Shown here piece by piece: positions 1 to 13,499 of a stretch of 64,000 nucleotides of DNA; positions within the stretch are counted from its first letter, which is position 1; every line of letters begins with the position of its first letter. The stretch covers positions 60,142,001-60,206,000 of the forward strand of contig NC_045697.1 in assembly GCF_009834535.1 (NCBI RefSeq), read 5' to 3'. The notes below the pieces were generated by a model, which was not told the origin of the DNA, made no database searches, and worked only from the letters and a program-made list of their open reading frames with translations. Source of the stretch: Camelus ferus. Taxonomy: Eukaryota. A program made the position numbers and the translations under genes.

Positions 1-244
1 GAGGAAGGGAGAATTTGCTCTGCCTGCCTGAAGACATCAGTCTTCTGCTCTTTACTGAGATTTATACCATAAGCCCTGAAATTCTCAGAAATATACCACC
101 AGCTTTCCTGAGTCTCCAGCTTGCAGTGAGTAAATTGTGGGAATTCTAAGTCTCCTATAATCCTGTATGCCATTTCCTTGTAATAAATCTCTTCTATTAT
201 AGAAATCTCCTATTGGTTCTGTTTATCTGCAGAACCCTAATACA
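1..244 (+). mobile_element. MLT2-type (ERVL) LTR, 3' part
   Basis: Typical MLT2 3' motifs: 'ccaccagctttcctgagtctccagcttgcag', AATAAA, and the terminus 'cctattggttctgtttatctgcagaaccctaataca'. Confidence 0.8.
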
Positions 245-577
245 ATAACATTTTTATTAGAAAATAGCCACTGATATGTTATGACATAGACATTATACTA
301 TATGCACTCTACTCCAAAACAGTCCAGAAAAAATGTACATGAATATATTAAAATGTGTGACTATGTACACATCCATATATACATATATTTATGATTTATT
401 TATACATGAAAAATGATGTGTCAAAACTTGAAGAATTGGGGAATCTAAGAATTTCTTAATATAACTTTATAATAGTTATAATAGGTATTATTTTTTGAAC
501 TATATTACATATTTTTATAAGATTGAAATTACTTTAAAATACATTTTAAAATTTAGTTAAATTACTTGAGGTTAATT

Positions 578-1562
578 TTTTAGAAGTATGTTGATTTACA
601 ACATTATATTAAGTTCAAGTGTACAACATCCTTGCATCTTATTTATTTTGTACCTAGTACTTTGTACCTCTTAATTCCCTTCCCCTATCTGGCCCCTCCC
701 CTACCCCTGTACCTACTGGTAACCACTAGTTTGTTCTCTGTATCTATGAGTTTATTTCTATTTTGTTATGTTTATGAATTGTTTTGTTTTGTTTTTTAGA
801 TTCCACGTATAAGTGAAAACATACAGCATTTGTCTTTCTCTTTCTGACTTACTTCACTAAGCATAATACCCTCCAGGTCCACAAATGTGTTGCAAATGGC
901 AAAATTCCATTCTTTTATGGCTGAGTAATATTCCATCACATACATGTACCACACCTTTTTTTATCCATTTGTTGATGGACACTTAGTTTGCTTCCATATA
1001 TTGGCTATTATAAATAATGCTGCTATGAACATTGTGATACACATATCTTTTCAAATTAATGTTTTTGTTTGTTTTGGATATATACTCAGGAGAAGAATTG
1101 CTAGATCATAGGGTAGTCCAATTTTTAATTATTTGAGGAACTGCCACACTGTTTTCCATAGTGACTGCAATAATTTACATTCCCAGCAGTGTATGAGGGT
1201 TCCCTTTTCTACACATTCTCACCAACATTTATTATTAGCTTTTTGATGAATACCATTCTGACAGGTGTGAGTTGATATCTACAGGTTTTGATTTGCATTT
1301 CCCTGGTGATTGATGATGTTGAACATCTTTTCATGTGCCTGTTGTCTATCTGTATATCTTCTCTGAAAAAAATGTCTATCCAGGTCATCTGTCCATCTTT
1401 TGATCAGGTTGTTTTTTTTTTTTTTGATATTGAGTTGTATGAGCTCTTTATATATTTTGGATATTAACCTCTTATCAGACATACCATTTGCAAGTGTCTT
1501 CTCCCATTCAATAGGTTGTCTTTTCATTTTATTGATTATTTTCTTCACTGTACAAAAACTTT
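578..1562 (-). mobile_element. 5'-truncated L1: end of ORF2 plus 3' UTR
   Basis: Minus ORF 1279-1548 ([15 protein letters not shown]...[17 protein letters not shown]...[12 protein letters not shown]) is the L1 ORF2 C-terminal region. The 3' UTR motif 'ctggtaaccactagtttgttctctgtatctatgag' is present. Confidence 0.95.
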
Positions 1563-2520
1563 ATGTATCATTAGGTTACTTCAAGTTATTTTACATCTGG
1601 TAAATTAAGAGCCAAGAATCAAACCTTTGTTTTCTGGTTTGGTTCTAATGTTCCTTTTGTTACACCAGAGTTTCTTTTTTGAATTTTCTACTATAGGAAA
1701 GAATAGAAAAATATTTTTAAATATATTGATTTAATACCAATCTCAAATTATCCAAATAATCTTGAATAGAAGTGGTAAGGAAGTTCCATTAGATAGAACT
1801 AGACAAAATATAATTAGGGGTGTATTGATGTCAACACACAGGCACTCATTTAATTAAGAAGAAATGTATTTATTTGGTTAAAAATGAAACTCACTGTATT
1901 ATTAAATTTAACTTGATACATAGTTAACGGCTGGAATTAATTACTGCCTTAAGAATATTTCTCTCTTACACAAGTGGTCATGAAAATGAATGGTGATTTG
2001 CCCAAATAATTTTAAGAGCATATTTTAAAAATATATTTTCAGTTGACATTCCATTTCTAAATACCACCTTGTTATTTTGCCTAATGTTTAATGCACTGGA
2101 TTAACAAGATGCATAGGGTCATAAAATGTATAATTCTTTACCTCTTTGGGCTAAGAAACCATATTGTTCACTCTTCCTACTCCACTGTAATCTAAGAAAA
2201 AGATCAAGGGACATGGGTTCTATTTTCAACACAATGGCTGCTACCTGTGGGACCCATACCCACTCAATTCCTTCTTTGAGATTTTTTACTCATTTGTAAA
2301 ATAAGATGGTAGGTACAACTAAAAAATCACCTGGAGTGTTTATGTTCTTTTCCTCTTTTTAAAAAAGTTTTTGCTCTTCTAATTATGTAAATGAAATGGA
2401 GATCAGATTCTCAGTGTATGATTTATTAGAATAGAATGTAATATCCACAGTCTCTGAAATGATACTTAATCCAGGCCCCTAAGGGAGATGATGATGTTGG
2501 TATTTGGGTGTGCTTTCTTT

Positions 2521-2844
2521 TGTGAACTAAATGTTCACAGAAATTCATATATTGGAATCCTAACCCCCACCATGTGATTGCATTAGGAGGTGAGGCATTT
2601 GGGTGATAGGTGTGAAGCCCCCATGAATGGGATTACTGCCCTTATAAAAGAAGATGCTACTGCCTGCTTCCTCTCCCTCTTTCTTCACCATATGAAAGAA
2701 ATTGGAAGAGGTCCCTCCCTATAATCTGACATTGCTGGCAACCTGATCTCATACTTCTTGGCCTCAAGAATTCTGAGAAAGTAAAGTTTGTTGTTTAAGA
2801 CACTCAGTCAGTGATAATTTATTATGGCAGCCTGAACTAAGACA
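2521..2844 (+). mobile_element. MLT1A-type MaLR solo LTR
   Basis: Motifs 'aaattcatatattggaatcctaacccc' and 'atgaatgggattactgcccttataaaag'; terminus 'ttatggcagcctgaactaagaca'. Confidence 0.85.
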
Positions 2845-3199
2845 CGTTCCTTGTACATTGTGAGATTGTTTTCATTGATATAATGTAGTTGATTTTCAAT
2901 AGCATTCTTATGAGTTAGACAACTATACTGTTCAATTCATTCACATTTTAGGAAGCTGAAATATCAAGGAAGTGCAGCAGACTTAGTCCTGACTTTTAAC
3001 TGAATCAGGATACCATGAAGTCACATGATGTGTGTATATGTACACATATGCTTCCTCATACACAAGTATACACACATATGCACATGTGTGTGAAACTGTA
3101 TATACAACGGAAAGAAAGGTGGACATATGTTTGATTTTTTTAGGGTTTACATTATAACAATGAGTGATATATGTACAATAAGAACATGAAGAAAATAAA

Positions 3200-3860
3200 A
3201 TGGTATGAAAGTCTAGTTTATTTTGGGTGGCAACAGAAAATTTCTGTGAAGAGGTGACTTTTAACTTGAGACACAATGATAAAAGAAGTCAGTCATGCAG
3301 AGGTCTGGGTGGTGGGATGGGAAAAAGGAACCATACTGTCCTTTGAAGAAAGAAAATTATGTTCTATGGGGAGGGAATGTTTTATGAAGTCTAGGCCTTA
3401 AGATTAAAATGAATTCAGTGAGTTAGGGTTAGGAATGGTATAAGATAAGGCTGAAAAGATAGGCATGGACACTATAATGTACCCCCTTGAGAGTAACAAC
3501 AATTAATATTTTAGCCCAAGTGTGATGGAAAAACTTTCAAGAGTTTTAGTCGTAGAATAATATTCACTTATTCAACAAATATGTATTGAACATTTGCGGA
3601 TATGCTAAACTTTGTTCTATAAATCGTGGTTGTAGTAATAAGCAGAACCAGGTGAAAAACCAGATCTAATTTGTTTTAAAACAGACTCCCTTGCCTGAGT
3701 TATAGAAAGTGATTTTCAGGATGTCAAGAATAAAAAAAAGGAGAAAGTGAAAGGCTTTTTTTTTTTTTTAATGCACTAAAGGAGACAATGTTGTTCTTCA
3801 CATAAGCAAGGTTAATAAATTTGAAATATATTTTAGATAGATTTAACAGGACTTTCCTTG
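3200..3860 (-). mobile_element. Degraded L2 fragments
   Basis: 'gaagaggtgacttttaacttgagac' and a reversed L2 tail 'ttcacttattcaacaaatatgtattgaac' near 3563. Boundaries approximate. Confidence 0.6.
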
Positions 3861-4451
3861 GAACTCTGGGAAACCCAGCAATACCTTAATAGATAGGCTT
3901 GAAGAAGGAGAAGACTGATTTGCCAGGATCTGGTCTCTTTTTTCTTTGTTGGCAGGTAGCTTTTCTCTTTTATGCGTCAGAGGTTTTATTTTTAAGTTCA
4001 TTTATTAAAAAGTGTTATGCAGCTTTAAGAAAATGTGTGGAGACCCACTATATTAACATACGTAAAGTACCTGCTTCATACCTGTGTCAAAGCAATTCAG
4101 ATTATGTGCTCAGAATAATTGATGGCTATGTTTATTACATTTTATACTTTAACATTCCTTTTTCTCATCGATTCAGGAATATGAAAGTTTCTTGAATCTT
4201 TAAATCTTTACATTTATTCTCAAACATTTAGAGTTACCTTCATTTCTCTGTAGAATTAGCTGTTGATTTCAGAGTTCTATGGATTAGAAATGGGTTTAAA
4301 TCAATCCAATATTTTCCTTATTTACTCTATACTTCCCAGCCCACCCACATGTATCCTGCAGCATACTCCTTTATAACCTACACTAACTTATAACAATTTC
4401 ATCTTCAGTCAGGCATAAGGGAACATTGTGCTTATGAATATTAATATTCAT

Positions 4452-4864
4452 TGTAGAGAATGGTATTTTGCTAATCCCAGATGCCTTTTCAGGACTGAAG
4501 GAATATTCTCCCAGCTTTTGGGAATGCTTTTGGCTATACGCCTTCAACGGCAGTCCTCTGGGAATTTCCTTTGACTACATGGAGCCACTTCCTAAGGTCA
4601 TTTTACCTTCTTAAGACAACGTGCTTAAAATAACTGGTCTGTGTTATATATATATATATGCTTGGCCCCCTTACCTTCTGAGGATAACTCCCAAGGACTA
4701 CCTGAAGTGCACAGATCCCTGTGGGGTCACCAGAGGCACGATGACTACATCACAGCCCAAGTTCTCTCTCTGCCCAAGTTTACTTCCTTTTCTTACCCCT
4801 CAGGTGCTGTTTTTGAGAACATTTCTCAATAAATTCTGCTTCTAGAGAAACCCAAATTGTATCA
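4452..4864 (+). mobile_element. LTR16-like ERVL solo LTR
   Basis: tg...ca ends; LTR16-type motifs 'ccttttcaggactgaagg', 'catcacagcccaagttctctctctgccca' and 'tttctcaataaa...ctgcttctagagaaaccca'. Confidence 0.7.
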
Positions 4865-7800
4865 GGACTAGTAAAGATTATACAGTAGAAGTTTATATAA
4901 GTATGTTTTTCTTTCTTTATAAGCTTCTCTATATAAGACCTAAGCTAAAGACAAGTCTAAATTCTAAACACAGAATGGGCCTCCCCCAAATTAGCTGTAA
5001 TTTTGAGTAAGAACCACATGTCAAGGCAGTTGGCTCAGAATTTTTCATAAAAGAAAACCAATAACCTCGGGTCCGTGCAGTCACTCCTGCTCTGTTCTTT
5101 CTGACCTCCTGTTTCTTTCATATGGTCCCTGAGGGCTTGCTCATTGTGGACTGTGGTCTACTGGTTTGTTTTTTGTTCTCCCCAATGGATGAAAATATGG
5201 GGAAAGTAAATTTTGTGCTTGCCTGGGACCAAAAGTATCCTCTTGTCACTTGGTCTCAAGAAATGGATGCAGAAACTCCAAGGAGAAGGCATAGAGTGTG
5301 TGTTTTTTCCTTTTTAATAAAAAGCAAGGTTTCTTACTTTCTGTGCCTCAGTTTCTTGGCTAATTTTTGAACAAAAGCCATATAAATAAAATATTTACTT
5401 TTTGACATTAAACACAAAGCCCAATATGATGTAAATATTCAATAATACTCAACAGCGAGTATTTTTCTTAACTTCTAACATTGCCTCATCAGATGGATAT
5501 ATTTTGCAGTGTTTCAGGTGAAGTTATTTCCTAAACATTCTCTTGAGAAAACATCCAACTGGAAGACTAACAAAAGTGTATCAGCCCATCTGACAGAATG
5601 CCTGTATCTAGACCTTCGCTGCTATGTAGGAAAAGTTGCCAAAATCAGGACTGGGGCAGGGTGGAGGGTGGGTATGTATAAATTCAAGGTTTTGAATGCA
5701 TACAGGAATATAGCATGTGATTTGACTTTTAAAATACTCATAAAAAAAAACTACCCAAGGAAGATTTGTGTCTCCACAATCTATAAGAACCCGTTTTTGT
5801 GGACAATATCCTTCTTGCCCTCAATATCTCTTCAGGAAAAAAAAAGTGTTAAATTCTTAAGCTGCCTAGAAGCAAAGGGAAGTGGCGGCACTCACAATAT
5901 TTAGTGAGCTGTTTTATCTTCCATGACAATTGAAGTTTAGCAGTAACCAGACTTGTAAGCAATTTGTAAAATATTTCCTTGGGCAAATTGCAATTAACCA
6001 AATGCCTAATTTGTTGTATAATTATAATCAGTTAAATCCTGCCAGTCGATTATTATAAATAATACAGTGTATTTCATGTATATGCACTGAAATGAACTGA
6101 TATTCCCGGACTTCTCTCAGTAATCTGATTTTCAGTCAGCTAAAGAAAGTTTCAAAAAAAATTGTTCCAATTTTAACTTATAGATAGGAACAATACTTAA
6201 AACATTTATATTATGAGGAGGAAACTTTACTCATTATATCAGTTTTTTTGATTTTTAGAATAGGATTTCTTCCTATTTATTCATTTCATTCACCAACTTT
6301 GTTCTAAAATGGAGTCTTCTGCTCATTTCTATGTGGCTGATCACCTGAATCACTTATAAGTTGTGGTCTGAACACTGGGTAAGTTTATGAAATGGGCAAT
6401 TTGAGTCACAGGGGTAATCAAAATAACTGGACTGTAAATGATTGGTCTGGTTATTAGGTCATCCTAGCAACCAGATTGGATAACCTAATCAGCAATCAAA
6501 TTTCTCTGCTCAACCACCCAGGCAATTGGGCAAAGCTAATCAATGATCTCAATGACCAATTTCATGTGCTTTATGGACACCCACTGTGTTTCTAATCATA
6601 TATCACAGTATTGCTTGTATTTCTCTTCCTATTCCATATTTTTCATGTAGTTCATTTTTCTACCCTATTTATTTGATTGTACTTTGATTATTTTGCTTAA
6701 GTATATAAGTAGATGCTTTAAAAAGAATGCCATTGGTTTACTTTTTTAATGTCTTCATATAATAGCTGTTTACAACATTCTAGGGAACATTTGTTCAGAA
6801 TAATAAAGATGACACTTTGTATGTAGTTGGAATTTACCCACTTAAATAAGAAGCCCAACAAGACTGATATCAGAACAAATATTCTGCTTGCTTAAGGGAC
6901 ACACTGATGGCAGTGCAGCACATCGGGGATCTTAGGTAACTTGATCTTTTTACTTCATTCCCAGAGGCAAACACACTGACAACCTGAAGTGATAAACTGT
7001 TACAATCTCCACACCAGGGATTGTTCAGATGATTTATCCTGGAAAGGTTGTACTCACTGCAACTTTTGGCATTGGCAAGGAAAATGGAAATGCATCTTCT
7101 GTTCAAACTATTTCCAGTTTGCTGAACATATTTTCTTTACTCTTTGCCATTTTATTTTTACAAAATACAAGGGGGGAAATGGAAAGCAATGAGAAAACAA
7201 AAATAAATAGGTACAAGATAAGATGAGGTACTCTGTCTTAAATTATGCTCCAAGAGAGCCAACCAATTGCCACCTAGATGTCTTATCCTGTTGGTTAGGT
7301 TAATGTAAGAAGATGATTAGATTCACCAAGATAAAAGTAGTATCATCTTATATTATTGGATTCTCAGTGCTTACCTCCTTGAGTCATGTTTGTATTTTTA
7401 TACATGAATGTTACTTTTCCAGTAGAAAACTTTTGTTGTAAGTACAGAAGTTTTTTTATGATGTTGCATTCTCTTTCAATTCTGTGCTATTGGATAAAAT
7501 TTTGAAGAGTGATCACTGAAAAATCACATCTTATCATAAAGGAATGCTTCAAGAAAATTGTGAATAATTGAATGCCATCTTTCTATTAGATGATTGTTTA
7601 GTGATCATTCATTAGTAATGAAAAGTTAAAAATTAAACATCATAGTGGTTGACCTAATTGGCTCCAGAATTGCTATTGAAGTGGCTTAAGATTCTAAAGA
7701 ATGTATCTATCTTGAAATCAAGACTGATTTATATTTCTTTTCTATTTTTTGTCTGAAAATTCTGAAATACACATTCAAAATTTAATGCCATTCTGCAACA

Positions 7801-9607
7801 ATGATTTTTTAAAAGAATACACAGAACATAATGTTGCAAAAGCTTGATATAAATTTATCTTGGACCAGCTTTCATATTTATTTTCAGAACTATTTATTGA
7901 AGCCTGACTCAGAGATGACAACTTCTTGGAATTGTGATTCTCTATAGATGGAAAGGCAGACCACTTTCTTGCCTGTAAAGTCAAAGAGAAGTGGTAAGGA
8001 AATAATTACAAAAGTAATTAAAATAGCTCTCTAAAACATTTGACAGTTTGATTTCTCTTGAAAATAGACTTCCATGGAATATCTTGAACAATAATCACTT
8101 GCAGTAGCTGATTAATATTGCTATCTAAGGAAGCTTCGAAAATAAGCATCAATCTGTCTTCATTTCCACTCCTCCCGCTCTCTTTCCCTCTCCTCCTCCT
8201 TTACCCTCTCCCACTGTCATAGCAGACATATACACATATGCCACAAAACTAAATGGTCATTAATTTAAAAATAATCATGTGAGTATGGAAGATTAAAATA
8301 ATCAAAGTGTCATAAGTTCACAACTTGCGAATTTGCATTTGTTCTGTGTATTTTGATCTTCTATTCAAATTCTTAACCATCTTTTAAACTACTGTTTTAT
8401 CATCATATAACACTGCTAAGGTCTTTTAATGTCATGTAATCAGGATGAGTTCTTCTTTCATAAGAAGGCCACAATAAAATTATTTTAATATCATGATGAC
8501 CTTTATAAACACTTTGGTGGACTAGCTAAGAATGAAAGAGTTATTAGATTAATATAGTGTCTACCAGGAATTAGAAAATACATGTTATTTTCATCTTAAA
8601 TTATTATATGCTCTGGAAAGAATTATTGGCTACGTAAGAGGATAATTTGGCCCTTGTTTGTTGCTATTTGAAGCATTTTGTTTCTGTTCTCCAAAGCGGA
8701 CTTTTGGGAATATCTCTTCTCCTTTCAATACCATGGCATACTTGGATAATTAAGGGACTGTTTATCTTGTTATTTATTACAAGGCACAGAAAGCATATTT
8801 GCAAAGATGTAATTGTATTATACATATATATTAGAGACAAATTTAAGAGTTTCCAAAAATCCATAATAAAGACTATAAGAATTAGTCAGATGAGTTTGTT
8901 AAATTACTTACTTTTCCCAGAAAGACATCCTAGAAAGGTAAATTATTGTACCTAGTGGAAATTAAGTGAGAAAATAAAATATGCAAGGTGTGAGATTAGT
9001 ATCATGAATGATTTCTCATTAAAATCCTTTCCTTTTCTTAAAAATATTATAATGCTCTTTTGTATTTCCTTATACATGGGAAAATAAGCAAATGTTTATG
9101 ACATGTATAGATTACTCTCATCAATGACCCTAGAAGCTTTCTCAGTAAGCACTTGAGCACTTAAGAGTAACAACAAAAAAATCATCTAATATACTGTGCT
9201 AAGTAACTGCTTTGCTCATTTTTTTTCATTTAAATTCAATTCTTGTTCTAATCCATAACATAATTACAATCAAAGTTGTAGATATAGATCTAAAAATTGT
9301 TTGCTTGAAAATATGTAGGAATTTTTATTTTTTGGTTTTTGCCTTCTGACTCTCAAACAAAAGAAAAAATTTCTTAATGAGGAATGATTTTTAATTTTTG
9401 CTTTTTTAAAAGAAAATTTTAAACACATGTGCAAAGGAAAAAAGAGTAGTAGAATAAATACATGTACTCCTTGAAAAACTTTAAAAGTTGCAAACTCATA
9501 AATAATATACTTTTCCCTCTACCACTAGCTACAAGTCTCTCTATATTATTGTGAAACAAATTTCAAAATTTATATCATTTTATCAATACATTGGCTGCTA
9601 TATATTT

Positions 9608-10110
9608 TTAATAGACTTTATTCTTTTAGAGCAGTTTCAGGTTCACAATAGAATTGAACAGAAAATACAGAGTTCACACACGGCCCTCCCCACCCACACA
9701 TATATACTCCCCTATATCCCTCATCAGTGTGGCATATTTGGTACAATCGATGAACCAACATGGACATACTATTATCAACCAAAGTCCATAGTTTACATTA
9801 GGGTTTACTCTTGATGTTGTACATTCTATGGATTTTGACAAATGCATAATGACATGTAGCCACCACTATAGTATCATAAAGAATAATTTCATTGCCCTAA
9901 AATCCATTGTGCTCCATCTATTCATTCCTCCCTCCCTCCCTCTCCCCAAACCCCTGGAAACCACGATCGTTTTATTGTTTCTGTAGCTGTGCCTTTTCCA
10001 GAATGTCATTTGGTTGGAATTGTACAGTTTGTAGCCTTTTCAGACTGGCTTCTTTCATTTAGTAATATGTCTTTTAATTTTCTTCTATGTCTTTAATGGC
10101 TTGATAGATC
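9608..10110 (-). mobile_element. L1MC1-like 3' end
   Basis: 'atagactttattcttttagagcagtttcaggttcaca', 'tggtacaatcgatgaaccaacatggacata' and 'ccaaagtccatagtttacattaggg'. Confidence 0.85.
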
Positions 10111-10242
10111 TTTTAATTTAATGCACATATATTTTTAATTTACATATCTGTACTGTTCATTGTTTCTAAGAACATTTAGAGCTTTAGCTTTTTAAACTTA
10201 CATAGTTATCAAAGGAATAAAGCCAACCACAAATTAAGAATT

Positions 10243-10421
10243 AACTCAAAAAGATACATACACCCTGCTGTTAACAGCAACATTATTTATAATTGCCAAG
10301 ATATGGAAGCATCCTAAGTGCACATCAGTAGTTGAATAGACAATGGAGATGTATATATACACACACACATACTGCATACAGTACAACTCACCCATAAAAA
10401 AGAAGGATATTTTGCCATTTG
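10243..10421 (+). mobile_element. L1 ORF2 extreme 3' fragment (younger, lineage-type)
   Basis: 'caaaaagatacatacaccctgctgttaacagcaacattatttataattgccaagatatggaagc...cataaaaaagaaggatattttgccatttgc'. Confidence 0.85.
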
Positions 10422-10483
10422 CGGCCCTTCATTCACTTTTCTTTTCACTTCAAAAACTGGAATTTTATAACTGGCAGAGACAT

Positions 10484-10681
10484 TACCATTACATCAAAAA
10501 CAACAAAATACCTAGAAATAAATTAACCTAGGAGGTTACCTATACTCTGAAAACTGAAATGACACAAAGAAATGGAAAAAATTTCTTGTGCTCTTGAATT
10601 GGAAGAATCAACAATATCAAAATGGCCACACTACCCAAAGCAATCCACAGATCCAATGCAACCCCCATCAAAATACTCACA
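10484..10681 (+). mobile_element. L1 ORF2 internal fragment (just downstream of RT)
   Basis: 'aaaatacctagaaataaattaacc...ttggaagaatcaacaatatcaaaatggccacactacccaaagcaatccacagatccaatgcaacccccatcaaaatac' (GRIN..KMA.LPKAI.R.NA.PIKI motif). Confidence 0.9.
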
Positions 10682-13499
10682 GCTGCTATATATTTATAAA
10701 TGACAAGGATTCCACTTTTTAAACATGATTCAAGTGCTATTGTCACCTACATTCCAAATCAGCAATAAAACAATAATATTTTAATATCACCAGTATTCAT
10801 ATTACTCAAATTGTTCTATAGAAGTTTTACTTTTGTTCCATATGTTATGACTGCTTATTTTTTCTCAGAGTCTGTTTTAATCTTTTGTACACCTTTCCTT
10901 TTTTTTCCCTTACAATTTTTGTTGTTTCTGTTGAAAAGCCAAATAACTTTTCTTGTAAAGTTTCCCAGGAGTTGAATTTGCTTACCTATCTATGGCTTGA
11001 AATACTTTTCTTTTGATGTATTTCTTAAAAATCGGCATTTAAATAAGAAGAATGAGTATTGAACTTAAGATTTTGGGACAACTACTTAATAGAAGGTGCT
11101 GTGTATTTCCATCAGAAAATGTGAAATATCTTATTGTTGTGTACGTGTTCTTAGAAGCCTTTGATAATCATTGTTTGAATTTAATAATTCATCATGTGGC
11201 ACAAAATTCTTTCTTCATTTATGAGCTCAAATATTTCTAAAAAGAGAAACCTCCTCTCTTCCTACTGTGTTACCCTTTGGTAAAATTCATAAAGGAGAGA
11301 CAATATAAAATGTTCATTCTTACCAATCATTTAGTTTTCCAAATAATGAGTTGGTTTCCTTGTATATTATAAAAATCATCAAGGAGTAAGGTTGTTTTTA
11401 GCATCATTATAAGTTTAACATGTTTGATGCACTACAGTCCATTGCATATACAAACCTAATTGGTGATCAAAATATCTCTTCTTTAGTTGGGAGGGACTGA
11501 TTCTATTTGTGACCTCTTAAAGTGCTTCAGAAAAGATGAAGTTTTGGAAGAATGAAAATTTGACATCAAGTAATTGTCACAAAGACATTGCCTTTAAAAC
11601 CCCTGGAATTTAAAGATAATTAAAGAACACTTTGAACCACTATGAAGAAAAAGCCAGAATATATTGGAGAGAATTTAGGCTAACCCTCCTTAGACTTGTT
11701 TCATAGCAACAGTCAACACTGTAAACACCAGAGTCCTTAAGGAAATAAAGTGTCCCAAAAACTGTGTACACATTTAAGTCATCATTCAGGGAGCAATAAA
11801 TATGCATTTTTGACATGCGACAGTTGAGGTTATAGTGTTCTCTTGAATTCTTGAAGAAATATCTAAAGTTCAAACATCAAGCAACTTATTCATTTAGAGG
11901 AACACTATGGCAAAGAGACTGAAGGTCACCCTAAATCAATTTAGAGTATTAAATAAGACTTTAGGACTAAAATATTAATAATACTGTTATATAACAAAAA
12001 GTTAATATTACAATACCTCAATAAGAGGATAAACTACTAACTTAAAAGGATTTAGAGGAGAAAGAGAAGTGAAAGTATGAGATAATATGATTTCTGCAAG
12101 TAAATTACTAGAAGTAAAGGTCATTTCCCTGTAGTATTTATCAACTCTGTTGAATAAAATTTACGTAAAAGATGAGAAACCACTGTAACCAACTAAATTT
12201 GTATTTGCAGAAGAAAGGAATGGGAAGAAAATGAAAAAGAAAATACACTAATTGTACCTGTGCTCCTGTAGGAGGTTGATGGATACTGTCTAAAGAAACA
12301 GAGGAGTGAGAGGTAACCAGTAAAGTGAGGGCTGAGATGTTAACTGCTAGAACAACAAAAAGTGCCAACCCAACAAACAATCAGAATAAATGTAAACATA
12401 CAGATAAACACAAAGGAATTAAATTTCTGAAAATGTTTAAAACTTTCAAAGGAGAAATTATAATAAACCTATATGACACAGTAAAACAGTGTCTATTAAA
12501 GAACATATGTGGTCCGAACTCACCTATTAAAGTTAGTTTTCATACTGTATCTCAAGCAAAATGTCAGTCTTCTCTTGTTACGACTCTCTTAAGGTACTTC
12601 AGAAAATATTGAGAACATAGGAATTGGGGAAGGTAAAGCAGGCAAATGTGAAAAAGAAAATCAGAAAACAAAACAAAAACATTATGACTCATTTTGTCGA
12701 TTAGATAAAAATATTGAATACATCTTAAAATGACACTTTATAAAGATATTAGAGGAAGAATTTGCAGTGGGGTGAAACAGTCAAGGATATATGTGCAATA
12801 CACTATAAAGCATTCAATTTAATAAAAAAAAGACATGCATGCAAAGGGAAGTAGAAACACATTACTAATATATTTAAATACACCTTTCATGATTCTTGTT
12901 AGATGAAGCAGATTAAAAAGTAAAATCTAGAGGACATAGTTAATAGCATTGAATTAATTAAAATACATTGATGTGTGAATCTTGAGAAAATAAAATACAG
13001 TATTATATCGGATCACAAATATTGACAAACCCCTCAATAAATAACAAAAATTAGAAGTTATGTATACAGCATTCTTTAACAATGCAGGAAAATTGATAAT
13101 TACAGTTATCACATGTAAAGGTAGGTTGTCTATCTCTTTGTACTGATTCAGCCTCCTGAGTTCAAGGCATTTTCTTAGCTCTCCTTCAGGGAAAAAACAC
13201 AATTTTGACTTTTACCCTTCACCCAGAAACAATGGGGATCATTTTGCCTTGTTCCCTGGGGTCAGACCATTAAGTTTTTTCTTATCTTTGGAATGAGTGT
13301 AATATTCTTGAAATTTCTACATCCTAAGCAGAAGCAAATCTATAAGCAACTGTATTTGGCTTTGTTTTGGAGAATCACATGGCAGAAACAGTACTGAAAA
13401 CAGAATGAATATTGTCATAATGAATTTTTTTTTGGTTAGTACCAATTTTTCTTGGTATGAAATTTCTTCATTTATTATTTGTTCATTGTGTAGTCATTC

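Larger units (their letters stand above)
9410..11450 (-). mobile_element. Old L1 (L1MC4/5-like) 3' region, interrupted by the 9608-10681 insertion
   Basis: 'ttattgtgaaacaaatttcaaaatttatatcatttta' continues after the insertion as 'tttataaatgacaaggattccactttttaaacatga...gtgctattgtcacct'. Confidence 0.55.

Noticed and set aside
1279..1603. ORFs with protein-like sequence, and similar ones at 38737-39105, 57459-57977 and 60375-60627
   Set aside because: Sense or antisense readings of decayed L1 ORF2, not host genes.
3025..3105. Alternating purine-pyrimidine, partly palindromic tracts (also 28805-28850 and 52022-52058)
   Set aside because: Degenerate (TA/CA/TG)n low complexity; the self-complementarity is trivial.
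5509..5904. 131-aa ORF
   Set aside because: Non-ATG start, no recognisable domain, and AT-driven composition; consistent with a chance ORF.
6870..7984. Minus-strand acceptor-like sites (about 6984 and 7973) followed by open frames
   Set aside because: No recognisable protein and no matching donor chain; a gene model cannot be supported.
12000..12450. Purine-rich stretch resembling HAL1 or ancient L1; also possible MLT1 remnants at about 16500-16800 and 32100-32390
   Set aside because: Too diverged to call a family or boundaries by eye.
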